Shown: piece by piece, positions 1 through 11,026 of the stretch | Layout of the letters: the number at the start of each line of letters is the position of its first letter | How positions within the stretch are numbered: position 1 is the stretch's first letter | NCBI RefSeq assembly: GCF_036321535.1 | Contig: NC_087436.1 | Location: forward strand, 14,446,001 to 14,510,000 | Direction of reading: 5' to 3' | Source: Camelus dromedarius | Lineage: Eukaryota | DNA: 64,000 nucleotides | Notes under the pieces: generated by a model | Told to the model about the DNA's origin: nothing | Seen by the model: only the letters and a program-made list of their open reading frames with translations | The model's database searches: none | Program-made: the position numbers and the translations under genes

Positions 1-282
1 ATTTCTATCACTCCTGATTGGTCCATTTCCATCACTCCTGATTGGTCCATTTGTTATACCTTATTTGCATATGATGTTGCAAAATCTAGACTGGCAGCTT
101 ATAAAAGCCTGTGTAAACCTACAGACACAGTCTAGAGCTTGGAGTGTTAACTCCTCTAGGCCCACTGGCGTGATAAATCTGAGTTCTCTAACCCTCTGAA
201 TGCTTCTTGGTCTCTCGCCTGGATCGAGGTTGCTGTCACAACTGAGCTATAACACTGAGCTGTAACACACTTTGCTGCAACA
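1..282 (+). mobile_element. ERV-type LTR, 3' portion (truncated by the window start), in TMEM154 intron 1
   Basis: Two 24-bp tandem units containing ATTGG (reverse CCAAT) at 1-48; ATTTGCAT octamer 63-70; TATAAAA 100-106; polyA-like GATAAA 172-177; terminal ...TGCAACA at 282. This is U3-R-U5 order. Confidence 0.75.
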
Positions 283-1670
283 TTTCCAAAGACCTAAGTA
301 CAGAGCAAAGTCATGTAACCCTGAAGGCAGAGATCAATAAATGGTAGATTTTTTAAATCCTGCTTTTAGTATATACATGTGAGGAATACTAGTTACTTAG
401 ACTCTGCTGTTTGTAATTGATTTTGATGGTTTGGTGTGGCATTGACCAATGTCATTATCAAGTTGATTCCCTGGTCTTCATGAAAACTGAAGTGTTTACA
501 TAACCCCCCCAAAAATAGACTGTGATCCAGCGAATATTTTTATAAACCCTGTCACAGCCGTGCAGAGAGCTAAGGATGCATTGGCTCTGCCTTGGCCTGT
601 CAGTCATCCTGTAGGTGGTGGTCTAACCTGATGTACAGAACGTGGCTTCAAGCAGCCAACGTCTCCATTGGCAGGGCACCTTCTACCTTGGGAAGCACTG
701 TCACACAAATCATCTCCCTGGACAAGTCTTCTGTAGCCTCAGCTCATGTGCTGTTTTTCTCAGTGGGCCCCTCCTGAGCAATTGGCAACCTCGTACCACA
801 AAGGGAGGAAAACCTGTGGCTCTCCTGACCATGGTCACTATGGAGCCCGGTAAGGAAGGATTTTCTGAAGAATCATCCAGCTACTAGTCCTTTCCTGTCC
901 TGTGATGAGCCACAGAACAATTTTCCAACACAATCTGAAGTCCCAACAGAATAAACCTGCTTATAGCTTACTAGTCGGGAAAGCTCTAAAGATGCATGTT
1001 ATTCAATACATTTAAATACTGGTGCAGTTTCCTTAGTTTCTAAGGGCATTTCCCTTTGAGAATTTCATTTTACAAATGAAATACATGTTGCATGTTTATG
1101 TAGAATCCAGGAGAATTTCTGTTGGATCATTTCAGAGGCAGACTCAGTTCTCTGCAGAACTGAGGCCTGACACTGACATCTGATCAGTCACCCCAGTCTC
1201 GAAGACTTCTTTTCCACTGGTAGGTAACCTTTGAGTAAAAGTTAGGATTCAGTGCATTCCTTTATTTCTAAGAGTGTTACGTGGCAAGTGCTTAACTTTC
1301 AATAAACGGGAATTCAGGTTTTTTCAGAAATGGTATTAAAATATTCTATAGGCTACCCTGGAATACCACCCTCAACATGACAAAGCTTCTCAATGCCCTT
1401 TGCTTAAGTGCATCTAAAGTGTCTGAAGGGTGCTAAACTGCCTGCATTTGTGGGAGGTTTAATCCCTGGGCTCTGATTCTGTTTTCAAGATACTCCCAGC
1501 CCTAGCTCCATTTATGTTCGATCAATACTCTGGCTCAGCTGAACTGGAAGACCAAATCCAGTGGATCAAGTTTATCACTGGATGCGTGTAGGGTAAATTT
1601 CAAATCACTGAGGACGTAACATGCTAGCTCTGTCTTCGTGACAATTTCAATTTTGTGTGTGTTCCCACAG

Positions 1671-1931
1671 ATTTCTTGGCGGAAACAGAACAGTCAGGAG
1701 AAATGCCCCAAGAAGTGGCCGTGCCAGATGAAGAGACTGTCTCTCTGAGCACGTTTGCTATGGTGACCACAGAATCATTCACCACAAATATGAACTCCAC
1801 CCTTAATGGTGAGGATACAGATCAGCTAGAGTTTATACTCATGGTGTTGATCCCATTGATTTTACTGGCCCTCCTACTTTTATCGGTGATACTCCTTGCA
1901 ACATACCGTAAAAGAAAAAAGAATAAACCAG
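1671..1931 (+). CDS. TMEM154: TMEM154 coding exon (exon 2): Ser/Thr/Glu-rich ectodomain, transmembrane helix, basic stop-transfer motif
   Basis: Acceptor ttcccacag| at 1670, donor |gtaagt at 1932, phase 1-1. Encodes QLEFILMVLIPLILLALLLLSVILLATYRKRKK, recognised as the TMEM154 TM segment. Confidence 0.96.
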
Positions 1932-2021
1932 GTAAGTATTTTGCCTGTCCCCATTTCCATACAGTTGCTTCATGTGTTAATGAATGATCAATAAAACACA
2001 ATGCTTTTTGCTTCTGCACAG

Positions 2022-2060
2022 AGCCCTCTAGCCAAGGATCTCAGAACATTTTACAGACAT
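2022..2060 (+). CDS. TMEM154: TMEM154 coding exon (exon 3, 39 nt)
   Basis: Acceptor cttctgcacag|, donor |gtgagt at 2061. Encodes (E)PSSQGSQNILQT, matching TMEM154 EPSSQGSQ. Confidence 0.95.
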
Positions 2061-2524
2061 GTGAGTATTATCCTGACACCTGCCTGGAGTTGGGGGTGGG
2101 GCGGGAGGAGGAACGGAGAGCTTTTAAAGTTAAGCAATGAGGATTACAGAAAATAGTAGTTGATGAATGGCTATTTCAATGAAGTTTTCCAGAGTTTAGA
2201 AATGCCATGTTCCTTTCTTTAAAAAAAAAAAAAAAAAAAAAAACACTCTGGACCTAATTTGGATGAGGGCCCTGTTTAATTTTGGCTAATTAGTTCATGC
2301 AACATTTCCTGACTGTTGGGGGGAAAAGGTACGTCTGATGAGGCAGTGGGTCAGACCGGGGTCAGGGGTGGGACAGCTGGAGTCCTTGGGGTCATCTCCA
2401 CAACAAAAGGATTCTTCCCTCTGTATTTTGTCACAGATACTGTATTCTCCCCGGTGCTATGTCCCACCTGGATCTTGAAAAGGCCTGGGTGAAGCATTGG
2501 TCTTATTCCTATTAAAGCTATGCT

Positions 2525-2623
2525 GGGGGAGAGAAACAGCTTAGTGGTAGAGTGCATGCTTAGCCTGCATGAGGTCCTGGGTTCGATCCCCAGTACCTCC
2601 ATTTAAAAAAATTTTTTTAAAGA
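2525..2623 (+). mobile_element. tRNA-Ala-derived camelid SINE (Vic-1-like)
   Basis: A-box AGCTTAGTGG, B-box GGTTCGATCCC, A-rich tail; TSD taaagctatgct/taaatctatgct. Confidence 0.9.
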
Positions 2624-3270
2624 TAAATCTATGCTAACTTTTAGAATAAAATTTCTGATTGGCTAAAAATGACTATCATCACTATAAAACCAATCTGATA
2701 GAAAATTCCCTGCGTCAGAGATACAGTCTGAGAGCATTTAGTTCCAATTCCAGGACTAGCAAATACTAGGTTTCAGGGCAATTCTAGGTCCAAAGCAGAC
2801 TTGGATTCTTTTGACTTGTGCTGGTTAAAGATGACTGATTAGAATTTTAAGTTGAAGCCTCTAGGCATTCCAAAAATCACTCAAGGGTGATAAGATATAG
2901 ATTTACATGTACATCCTGGCCCTCTGTGGCCCTCACCTCCACTAACAGGGCACCTCTGGCTGTGAGATCAGGCCCTGGGTCTGCGGGCTGCTCACTGTCC
3001 TTGCACTAGGAGAGCCTTTAAGCTCCCCCGGAGCTGTAAATATTCATTTTCCATGATGCCAGCAGGTAGGGCAAATGTGAGCTGGGAAAGAAGCCCTGAA
3101 GTGCATTACCCCTCATGGCAGAGGCTGGTGTCATAGATTCCAAGAAACCAGGAAATACACATGTTTCTCTACTGTTGGCAATTTCAGAGTGACCTGATAA
3201 CAGTGGTCACATGGGTGTTCCTTTGTAAGCTAGAGAAAAAGAAAAAGCAAACAGAGCTGCCTGAACCCAG

Positions 3271-3729
3271 TTTTTTTTTTAATGTTTTTATTGAAGTGTA
3301 GTTGATTTACAATGTTAGTTTCAGGTGTACAGAAAAGCAATTCAGTTATACATATATATTTTTTTTCTTTTCAGATTCTTTTCCATTATAAGTTATTACA
3401 AAAAATATAGTTCCCTGTGCTATATGGTTGATCCTAGTTGTTTATTTTATATACATTAATGTATATCTGTTAACCCCAAACTCCTAATTTATCCTTCCTC
3501 TCCTTTCCCCACTGGTAACCATAGTTTGTTTTCTATTTCCATGAGTCTTGTTTTTGGTTTGTAAATATAATTTGTATCATTTTTTTTGGATTCTACATAA
3601 AAGTGATATGTGATATTTGTCTTTTTCTATCTGACATATTTCACTTAATATGATCTTCTCTAGGTCTATCCATATTGCTGTAAATGGCATTATTCATTCT
3701 TTTTTATGGCTGAGTAGTATTCCATTGTG

Positions 3730-3760
<31 letters not shown>

Positions 3761-3860
3761 ACACAACATCTTCTTTATCCAGTCATCTGTTGGACATTAA
3801 GGTTGATTCCAGGTCTTGGTTATTGTAAATAGGGCTCCTATGAACATTGGGGTGTATGTA
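3271..3860 (-). mobile_element. L1 3' end fragment with internal (GT)n
   Basis: Poly-T followed by the reverse complement of L1 3'UTR and ORF2 end (ttttatggctgagtagtattccattgtgtatat). Confidence 0.9.
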
Positions 3861-4509
3861 GATCCAGTTTTTTTTGTTTTTGTTTTTTTTAAGTAGGGAA
3901 AGTAAGAACTTCCTGCTAGAACCATAGCCTATGGCTGGTCTTACCTAACAGAGTCATGCGGTGGGGGAAAGGATGGGATTGGCCAGTCAAATGGTCATGC
4001 TCTGAGGTTCTAAATCCAGAAAAGGATTTTTCACTGAACTTTATTTTGAGAATCTCAAAATTCAAAAGCCATTTACAAGTGAGAACTGGCCTCATCTTCA
4101 GACACGGCCCAGATAGTATTTGCTGTTCCCGGAGCATGGCTTGCCCTTTCCTGATGCCTCCATTCCTAGTTGATGCTATTTCTTCTGTCTGGAAATTCCT
4201 TTTTGTTTGCTTGGCAAATTCCCACCCTGTTCTTCAACGTCCTGCTCTAAAGTTTTTCTGGAGCCTTGAGTAATCACACCCCAGGCAAAATTCATCACCA
4301 CTGCTCACTGTATTTACATTGGCATAAGTTGGTGACTTGCCTGTTTTTGGTCTTTCTTTTTTTTTTTTTTTTTTTTTTTTTGTCTTGTCTCTCTTTTTTA
4401 CTAGGTTCTCTGTAGGGTCCAAGAGAACCAAGAACTTGTCTAATTTATCTTGTTGAATGGTGTAGGGTGAAGGTTGAGGGGACAGATTCTGGAACATTCT
4501 GCTAGCTGG

Positions 4510-4690
4510 CTTTTGCACTTCTCAGCTCTGTGACCTCTGGTTCAGTTAGTCTCCTCTTCTGTAAAATGGGAAGATTCAGTACCTACCTTATAGAGTTGTT
4601 GTGAGAATTAAGTGGATTCATCTACTTAAAGCGCTTAGAAAAAACAGTACCTGGCATGTTGTAATTGTTAGCTAATTATTATTATCCCTT
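4510..4690 (+). mobile_element. MIR SINE
   Basis: Core ctgtaaaatggg...tacctacc...gttgttgtgagaattaa...acagtacctggca. Confidence 0.75.
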
Positions 4691-4898
4691 TTATCTGACA
4701 GAATGCCTAGTCCAACACATATGTTACCTGCTCAATAAATGTCTGTTGAATGATGAGTTGATGAAAGAATGCTAGAACTCTTTTTTTAGAGAACACTTGT
4801 TCTTAGAGGTAAAAATAACTGTGTACATTATCCATAATACAAACTGGCACATTGTTTTTCATTTAAATGTGTCTCATTTTAAGAAAACAGAAAAGATA

Positions 4899-5036
4899 GG
4901 GGAGGGTCTAGCTCAGTGGTAGAGTGCATGACTAGCATGCACGAGGTCCTGGGTTCAGTCCTCAGTACTTCCATTAAAAATAAATAAATAAACCTAATTA
5001 CCTCCCTCCCCAAAACAAACTAAAAAATAAAAAAAA
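4899..5036 (+). mobile_element. Vic-1-like SINE
   Basis: tRNA-like head ggggagggtctagctcagtggtagag..., then (taaa)n, cctaattacctccc and an A tail. Confidence 0.92.
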
Positions 5037-5338
5037 TTTTGTTTAAAGATTTAAGAAAACACAAATGGAAAACTAAGGATTTCAAAACAATTGCTTATCA
5101 CAAAATTTTTTGTTATAGAGAGTTTTATTTGGATATTTTTTTACTGGCCACTCCTTTAATATAGGTACAGATGGTTAACTGCTTAACAGATAAATCTCTG
5201 CGGGGCAAGCTGATAGCTAAAAGGTTCTCAACCACTGTCCACAGAAGTTCACCCACCAATATTTAACATTACAATGCAAGTCAATAAAAGGAGAAATTTT
5301 TTTTAATTTAGTTTTGTTTTTATTTGAAGAGCCTAGTT

Positions 5339-5492
5339 CTTTTTTTTTTTTTTTTAGGTTTTTTTTTTTTTTCTTTCTGTTGGGGGAGGTAATTTAGGTT
5401 TATGTATTTGTTAATGGAAGTACTGGGGATTGAACCCAGGACCTTGTGCATGCTAAGCCAGTGCTCTACCACTGAGCTATACCCTCTTCCCC
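5339..5492 (-). mobile_element. Vic-1-like SINE
   Basis: Poly-T, gggggaggtaatttagg, and reverse head ...ggattgaacccagg...ccactgagctataccc. Confidence 0.92.
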
Positions 5493-7544
5493 AGAATATT
5501 TAAATTAATGGAATTTGATTTAAATATATTCTTTCCAGGAAAAATAAAACTGTCATTCTGGATCAGACTAGCATTTTGGTTGGAAAGCTCTTAAAGGAAT
5601 GCTTTGTGAGCGAACAGGAGGATGTCCCCTCATTAGGTCAGGAATAGACGCATTGTTTCTTTGCTCACAGGAATAGACCCTGGTGTATTGCCCTATACCA
5701 GGAAATGTCTTTAAATTCAACAACTGGGGAGTATTTGGCCAACGTTTTTAGAAAGGACACTTCACTTGCATGGAAATTGCCCTTTTTCCTTTGGTCCTGT
5801 CCTTTTCATGCCCAGGAAAAGGGAAGGCTGTGTAGCGACTTGTGCTAATGTCATTGTCCGGAGACTTCCAGGCATTACATTACACTTGCAGTTGTTATTA
5901 TTTAACACGTACGAGGTGTCTTGAGGTGCTGTGTCTCTCAGAAAGAGCTGCAGGGAAAACAGCTGGCAGTAAACCATCCCTTTGAACAGGCTGCCTGACA
6001 CCTGGCTCTGCTCAGTCTTCAGAAAGAGAGTCACTGCTCGCTGCTCAGCATGGAAACCAGATAAGCAAGCCAGCCTCCCGCTGGGCTCCTGCCGCCAGCC
6101 CCCACCCCGGCCAGCCCACGGCCAAGTGCACAGAGGAGAGTAGCTGGGAGCGGGGCCTCTTCAGGCTAAGTGGGTGTCATGTGGGGACTGCAGGACCCGC
6201 TGGGGAGGCGGACAGGAAATGGAAGGGCGGTGGGAGGGAAAATGGCATCGAGTGCGGGTGGCGGGCTGCGTGAGAGCCTCCCGGGTGCAGAGGGAGTAGC
6301 AGGCGGCTATTAATAAAGAGATACAAGCCAGGTGGAGTGGAGCGGGCAGGGCCTGATTGCTGAGGACGGGTAATTGGTGTCCCTCTTGGTTTAATGCTCG
6401 GCTGTGCTGAGCTCTCCCAGGTGTCTTTCTGTTGCCATGGTGCCTGGGGCAGGGGTAACGGCCGGTGGGGAGACGGGCTGTGGAAGGCTTTTTGCTCTGT
6501 TTGAATACTGATAACCCGAGCTTCACACTCGGTAACCTCTGGAGCACTTGTGTAATGGGTTTTTAAACTTCATCATCTGCATGCGGGGCTAGCTTTTGCT
6601 CCCCCCGAAGCCTGCGGGCACCCAGATTAGAAAGATAAATCCACCCCCTCAACAGGGGGTCTGTGGGGCCACTTGTTCTGCAAGAAATTAGCAAGGGGTT
6701 GTTTATGAAGCAGGGAAAGAGGGAGAGGGAGGAGGCGGGAGTGACAAAACAGGGGGATTTTTATGGGTCCACCTGTAAGGGAGGTTCAGTTGTATGGGGG
6801 CTTTATTTATAGTAAAATCCTTTAAGGAAGTAGCTGATAAATTCTAGATGAAAAATGCATACATAAAATAAGATGTACACACTCCTCTCTCCCCCATCTA
6901 AGTGTCTGAGGAGTCAGACATCTGCAGGGGGCTTCACATTCCTACCCCAGGGGGCAGAAGGACATAACTTACCGCTCCTCGAAGGGAAGTAGTGATGGCA
7001 TGAAACTGACATCTGTGCCCAGCTTTCCTGGATTAGCGGTGCATGAAAGCACGCCAACCCACAGGAAATGACAGCGGCTCCCGGCTGCCAGGAGCTCAGT
7101 TCCAGGTGCCTGCTGGTTGTGTTCCCTCGCTGGGGACCTGCATTTCTGCCTGCCAGACAAAAGGAGGCCTCTGATTGCCAAGAATCAGGACCATCTGACT
7201 ATGCAGCGGACCTCTACACAGTGGTTTGCTGCTCAGTGGTTTTCCCATTGAAAAAGGTGCAATGGGGCTGCGCTCTCCATTCGCTGGACATTATTGCCTC
7301 CTTTCTCTGGGTGCATTGGACTCCCTGCCAAACAAAACAGAGCTTGAGCTGGGGCATTGGGCCCTAATTCTTGCCACATGTTCATTTGGAGTCTGATCAG
7401 CGTTAGAGCCATTTTGCAAACTGTTACCTGGCTCATCTTGACTAACAGCAGGCTTGTTGAAAGCTTCACTACTTTGATAATGTGAAATCCAGAACACTGG
7501 GCATGAATTTAACCCCAGGACTGGGCAATCCAGAGTAAGACCTA

Positions 7545-7829
7545 GTCATTTATTCAATAAATATGTACAGGGTGTTTACCAGGTATCGTGCAAGTGGGAT
7601 GGGAGGGGGGAATACCACGTTGAACAAGGCAGATATGATCCCCGCACTTTGGGAGCTGTGGCCCAGTGGAAGAGACAGATAAAAAAGAATGACACAGAGG
7701 AACTGATCAATGACAGGTGGTGGCAGATGCTATGAAGAAGCAAGCAAGGTACTGAGCCGGAAACAGCAGGAAAGATGAGCCCTACATCAAACAGAGGAGG
7801 TGGGGGAGGCCTCTCTGAGTTTAAGGTGA
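7545..7829 (-). mobile_element. L2 fragment, interrupted by an LTR and resuming at about 8358
   Basis: Starts tcatttattcaataaatat; gggaggcctctctgag...ggtga continues after the LTR as ctgagactggaagg. Confidence 0.65.
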
Positions 7830-8357
7830 TGTAACCAGGCAAAGGGCTGTGTGCCCGCAGTACAGGAAGTCAAACTCTGAGAGTGGGTTTGCAGCAAAGG
7901 AAAGGTTTGTTGCAGGGCGCCACACAAGGGAGTGGGAGACAAGCCTCAGATCCACTCCAACTTGGTCTTTGAGTTGGGGATGTTCTTAACAGAGAAGAAC
8001 AGAGAAGCTGGGATTAATCATCTTGTGACATTTGTGTGACATTTCTTAATCATGGTTTGGTGAGTCGGGATGTCTCTGGTTTATGATTCCCTGGCCAGGT
8101 GGTCCATGGCTGGGGGTCTGTGAGCGCATCTTGCCCCGGAGAGACAACTTGAGTTTGTGTAATAGTGATACCTACAGCAGCAATTTTAGTACACGAACGA
8201 TGTTATCGACAACAGCAATTTTAGTCCTCCGATTCTGGTTAGTGAGTGTTCAGTTAGGATTGAGGTCAGACGGGACAAGAAAGAGAATAAAGTTTTGGAT
8301 AGAGAGATGAATCATAACCTCGGTAGGGGAATTCGGTTTTAGAGGGACTCGCTTTCA
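7830..8357 (-). mobile_element. Solo ERV1-type LTR (528 bp)
   Basis: Minus strand reads TGAAAG...GGTTACA (TG..CA termini); near 4-bp TSD gtga/ctga; splits an L2. Confidence 0.75.
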
Positions 8358-8879
8358 CTGAGACTGGAAGGTGTGAGGGATTCAGCCACGCAAAGAGTAG
8401 GGGTTAGAGGAGTGGTCCGAGTGGAGCCTGTGACAGATACCCCACATCCTACTCTGGGACAAAGGGACAGTGTCACGCTGTTTGGTTTGGAGTGTCACAA
8501 GCAGATGAAGCAGCAGTGGTTTGAACCGGGATACCTGGGGGTCCAGGAACAAGCATTCTTGTCAACTCCTCCTTTGTCCCCCTTACCACTGTTTTCCTCT
8601 TCATATGGATAAAGACTGCCCAGAGGGATGGACATCTGATGTGAAGTGTGTGCTCTCAGAGGACCCCGATATCTAAAAGAAACAGATTTCATGGTGATGG
8701 CACCTCATTTCAACATAGCAATCTGCAGTTGTTAACTTAGAGGTTAATTATGGTTCCTTTAAAAACCTCATCTACTTAAAGTCATTGCCTCTCTCTGTAG
8801 AGATTTCAGCTATTGTTGAAATGAAAAGTTGTTACAGACTACGCAAGCTAACGTGACTTTTATGTTTACTCTCTCTTAG

Positions 8880-8907
8880 GTGAACTGGGAAATGAAAACT
8901 TGAAAGT
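8880..8907 (+). CDS. TMEM154: TMEM154 coding micro-exon (exon 4, 28 nt)
   Basis: Acceptor ctctctcttag|, donor |gtaagt at 8908. Encodes (C)ELGNENLK(V); phases fit the neighbouring exons. Confidence 0.92.
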
Positions 8908-9239
8908 GTAAGTTCCCCTACTGCATCCATTCCAGCTCAGGGTGGACGATGGTGTCGAGGATGTCCGGGGATAAGCAGATTAGAGAACCAGCTTTTCAAC
9001 AGTTTTGGTTCAGACACTCCTCGTGGGGACCTCCCGCTTCCCCGGCCCCAGGACATGTGCCGGAGGATATGCGAGAGCCCCCACCTCAGCCCAGCAGGGG
9101 ATCTGAGTAGAAGAGAAGATCCTCTGTTCAGAAAAGAACCTTTTTCTGACTGCGGCCAATTCCAAATGCATGGTTGGTTAAATATTTCTGACCCTGGGCA
9201 TATTTCAAGGACATTGATTCATTTATTCTGATTTAAAAA

Positions 9240-9450
9240 ATTTTTTATTCTTATTTTTTATTGAAGTGTAGTCGATTTACAATGTTAGTGTCAGGTGTAC
9301 AGCAAATCAGTTCAGTTATACATATACATACATAATACATACATATATTTTGTTTCTTTTCCATTACGGATCATTACAAGAAATTGAATATAGTTCCCTG
9401 TGTTATACAGTAGGTCCTTGTTGCTTATTTTATGTACAGTAATGTCTTGT
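9240..9450 (-). mobile_element. Short L1 3' end
   Basis: ttattgaagtgtagtcgatttacaatgttag...atagttccctgtg, same type as the copy at 3271. Confidence 0.85.
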
Positions 9451-10344
9451 TAAAATTTTTTATCACCAGGGAAGATACTTTGTCTGGTATTAAGGGAGGA
9501 GAGCGAGAAGACTGAAGTCTGTAGGTTGAGAAGCAGTGCATCATAGGGGCTGGGGGCAGGAAGCGGGGTGGAGGGGAGAGAGGGAGAGAGGATTCCGCCC
9601 AGAGGGGTGGTCTGGGGTGATGTCACCACCAAGTCAGCCCCGCCCTTGCTTGTTTGGACACCAAACTGGCTTCCTCCGCACAGGCTAGCGCATAGGCAGC
9701 CCTTCAGAGCTGGGGGTCCCCGCCCCCACCTCCCTCTCCGGCAGCCCGGGGCTGCTTCACCTAATGGTGCGCGCCCAGCCCTGGCAGGGGGGAAGCCCCC
9801 CGATTTCTGAAAGCAAGGGTTCCATTTCTTCAAAGCAGGAAATCCAGGAACAAAGGGAGAGGTGATGAAAGTAGCCTGTTTACAGTGGTGTCTTGACCTG
9901 GGGCACTGATGAAAAACCCCAAAAGAAAGGGAAGTGAAATTAAGCAAGGCTAAAATGCTAAATGTAGCAACTCCCTGGAGGGGGCTCGCAGAGGAAGCCT
10001 TGTAGGCTCGGCTGGTACCTTCAGGGGAGCAGAGTCTGGATTCCCTTTCAGCCTGGTCCTGGTATGTGCTCTCTACATGTTTAGATCAGTGACGGTTGAA
10101 GGTTTACTTTAGTTTTCACCTTTTTTCCTGTTAAGAGTTGGTACACTTGAACAGGCAAACCCCTGCTCACCCAGGCTACCCTGGAGGATCAGATACGGAA
10201 TCAAGTTCATCTTCCCCAGAGTCCACTGTCCACATCCTAGGCTCTCCTCAAATGAAATTAAGCACACCACACGTGTTGGTTTTGTTTCGTGTTTTTTTGT
10301 TTTTTGGTTTTTTTTCCAACAAGCTTTTTACTTTCTCTCTCTAG

Positions 10345-10430
10345 ACCTATTTTTGAGGAAGACACACCCTCTGTCATGGAAATAGAAATGGAAGAGCTTG
10401 ATAAGTGGATGAACAGCATGAATAGAAATG
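10345..10430 (+). CDS. TMEM154: TMEM154 coding exon (exon 5, 86 nt), conserved cytoplasmic motif
   Basis: Acceptor ttctctctctag|, donor |gtatgt at 10431. Encodes PIFEEDTPSVMEIEMEELDKWMNSMNRN, a hallmark TMEM154 sequence. Confidence 0.97.
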
Positions 10431-10826
10431 GTATGTGGGGTGTAATAATCTAGCTTTTTCTGTTCTCTCTGATAAGAGAAAGCTGCAAAAGCTTTATAAC
10501 CGTGCGGTAAATCCTGGCGTGGGACCGGGTGAACCCACCCGCGTTACATCAGGCACATGCAGACAGTAACCTTGGGTCTGACCACCCTTAACTATTCATT
10601 TTAATTATTGTATCAATTGTCACTTGTTTTTATTTTTGTGCACATTTTTCACATGATCTTTTTCGAGAAGAAAATGGTCGTTTTTTCAAGCAAGGAAATC
10701 TCTTGAGACCAAGCTATCTGGGAAAAGTTAGCATCTGGTTTTACCTGGTGTCTTATAGAATTTAGACATCTGTGATTTTAATCTGTATACAAATATAAAA
10801 CTTCCTCAAATATAATTTACATCGAT

Positions 10827-11026
10827 CTGTGCTGTCCAATAGACACTAGTCATATGTGTCTGCTTCACTTAAAATTTTAAAAGTTAAATAAAATTAATTT
10901 TGTTCCTTAGTCACTCCAGTCACATTTTGAAGACTCAGTAGCCACCTGTAGCTAACGGCTATTTTAGCATAAAGTGACGATCTAGAACATTCCAGTCACT
11001 GTAGAAAGTCCTATTGGACAGCACTA
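10827..11026. mobile_element. hAT-Charlie MITE (MER3-like)
   Basis: Perfect 14-bp terminal inverted repeats gtgctgtccaatag (10829-10842) and ctattggacagcac (11011-11024); length about 200 bp. Confidence 0.85.

Noticed and set aside
1..52. 24-bp direct repeats as a CRISPR-like array
   Set aside because: No spacers; they are U3 tandem repeats of an LTR in a mammalian genome.
1655..1987. 110-aa ORF as a standalone gene
   Set aside because: It is TMEM154 exon 2 plus flanking intron, and the start is an intronic GTG.
2525..2602. tRNA-Ala(AGC)-like sequences here and at eight other sites
   Set aside because: They have A-rich tails, TSDs and a shared non-tRNA 3' part, so they are SINE heads rather than tRNA genes.
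9450..9947. 165-aa ORF antisense in intron 4
   Set aside because: Stop-poor GC-rich sequence with a non-ATG start and no recognised homology.
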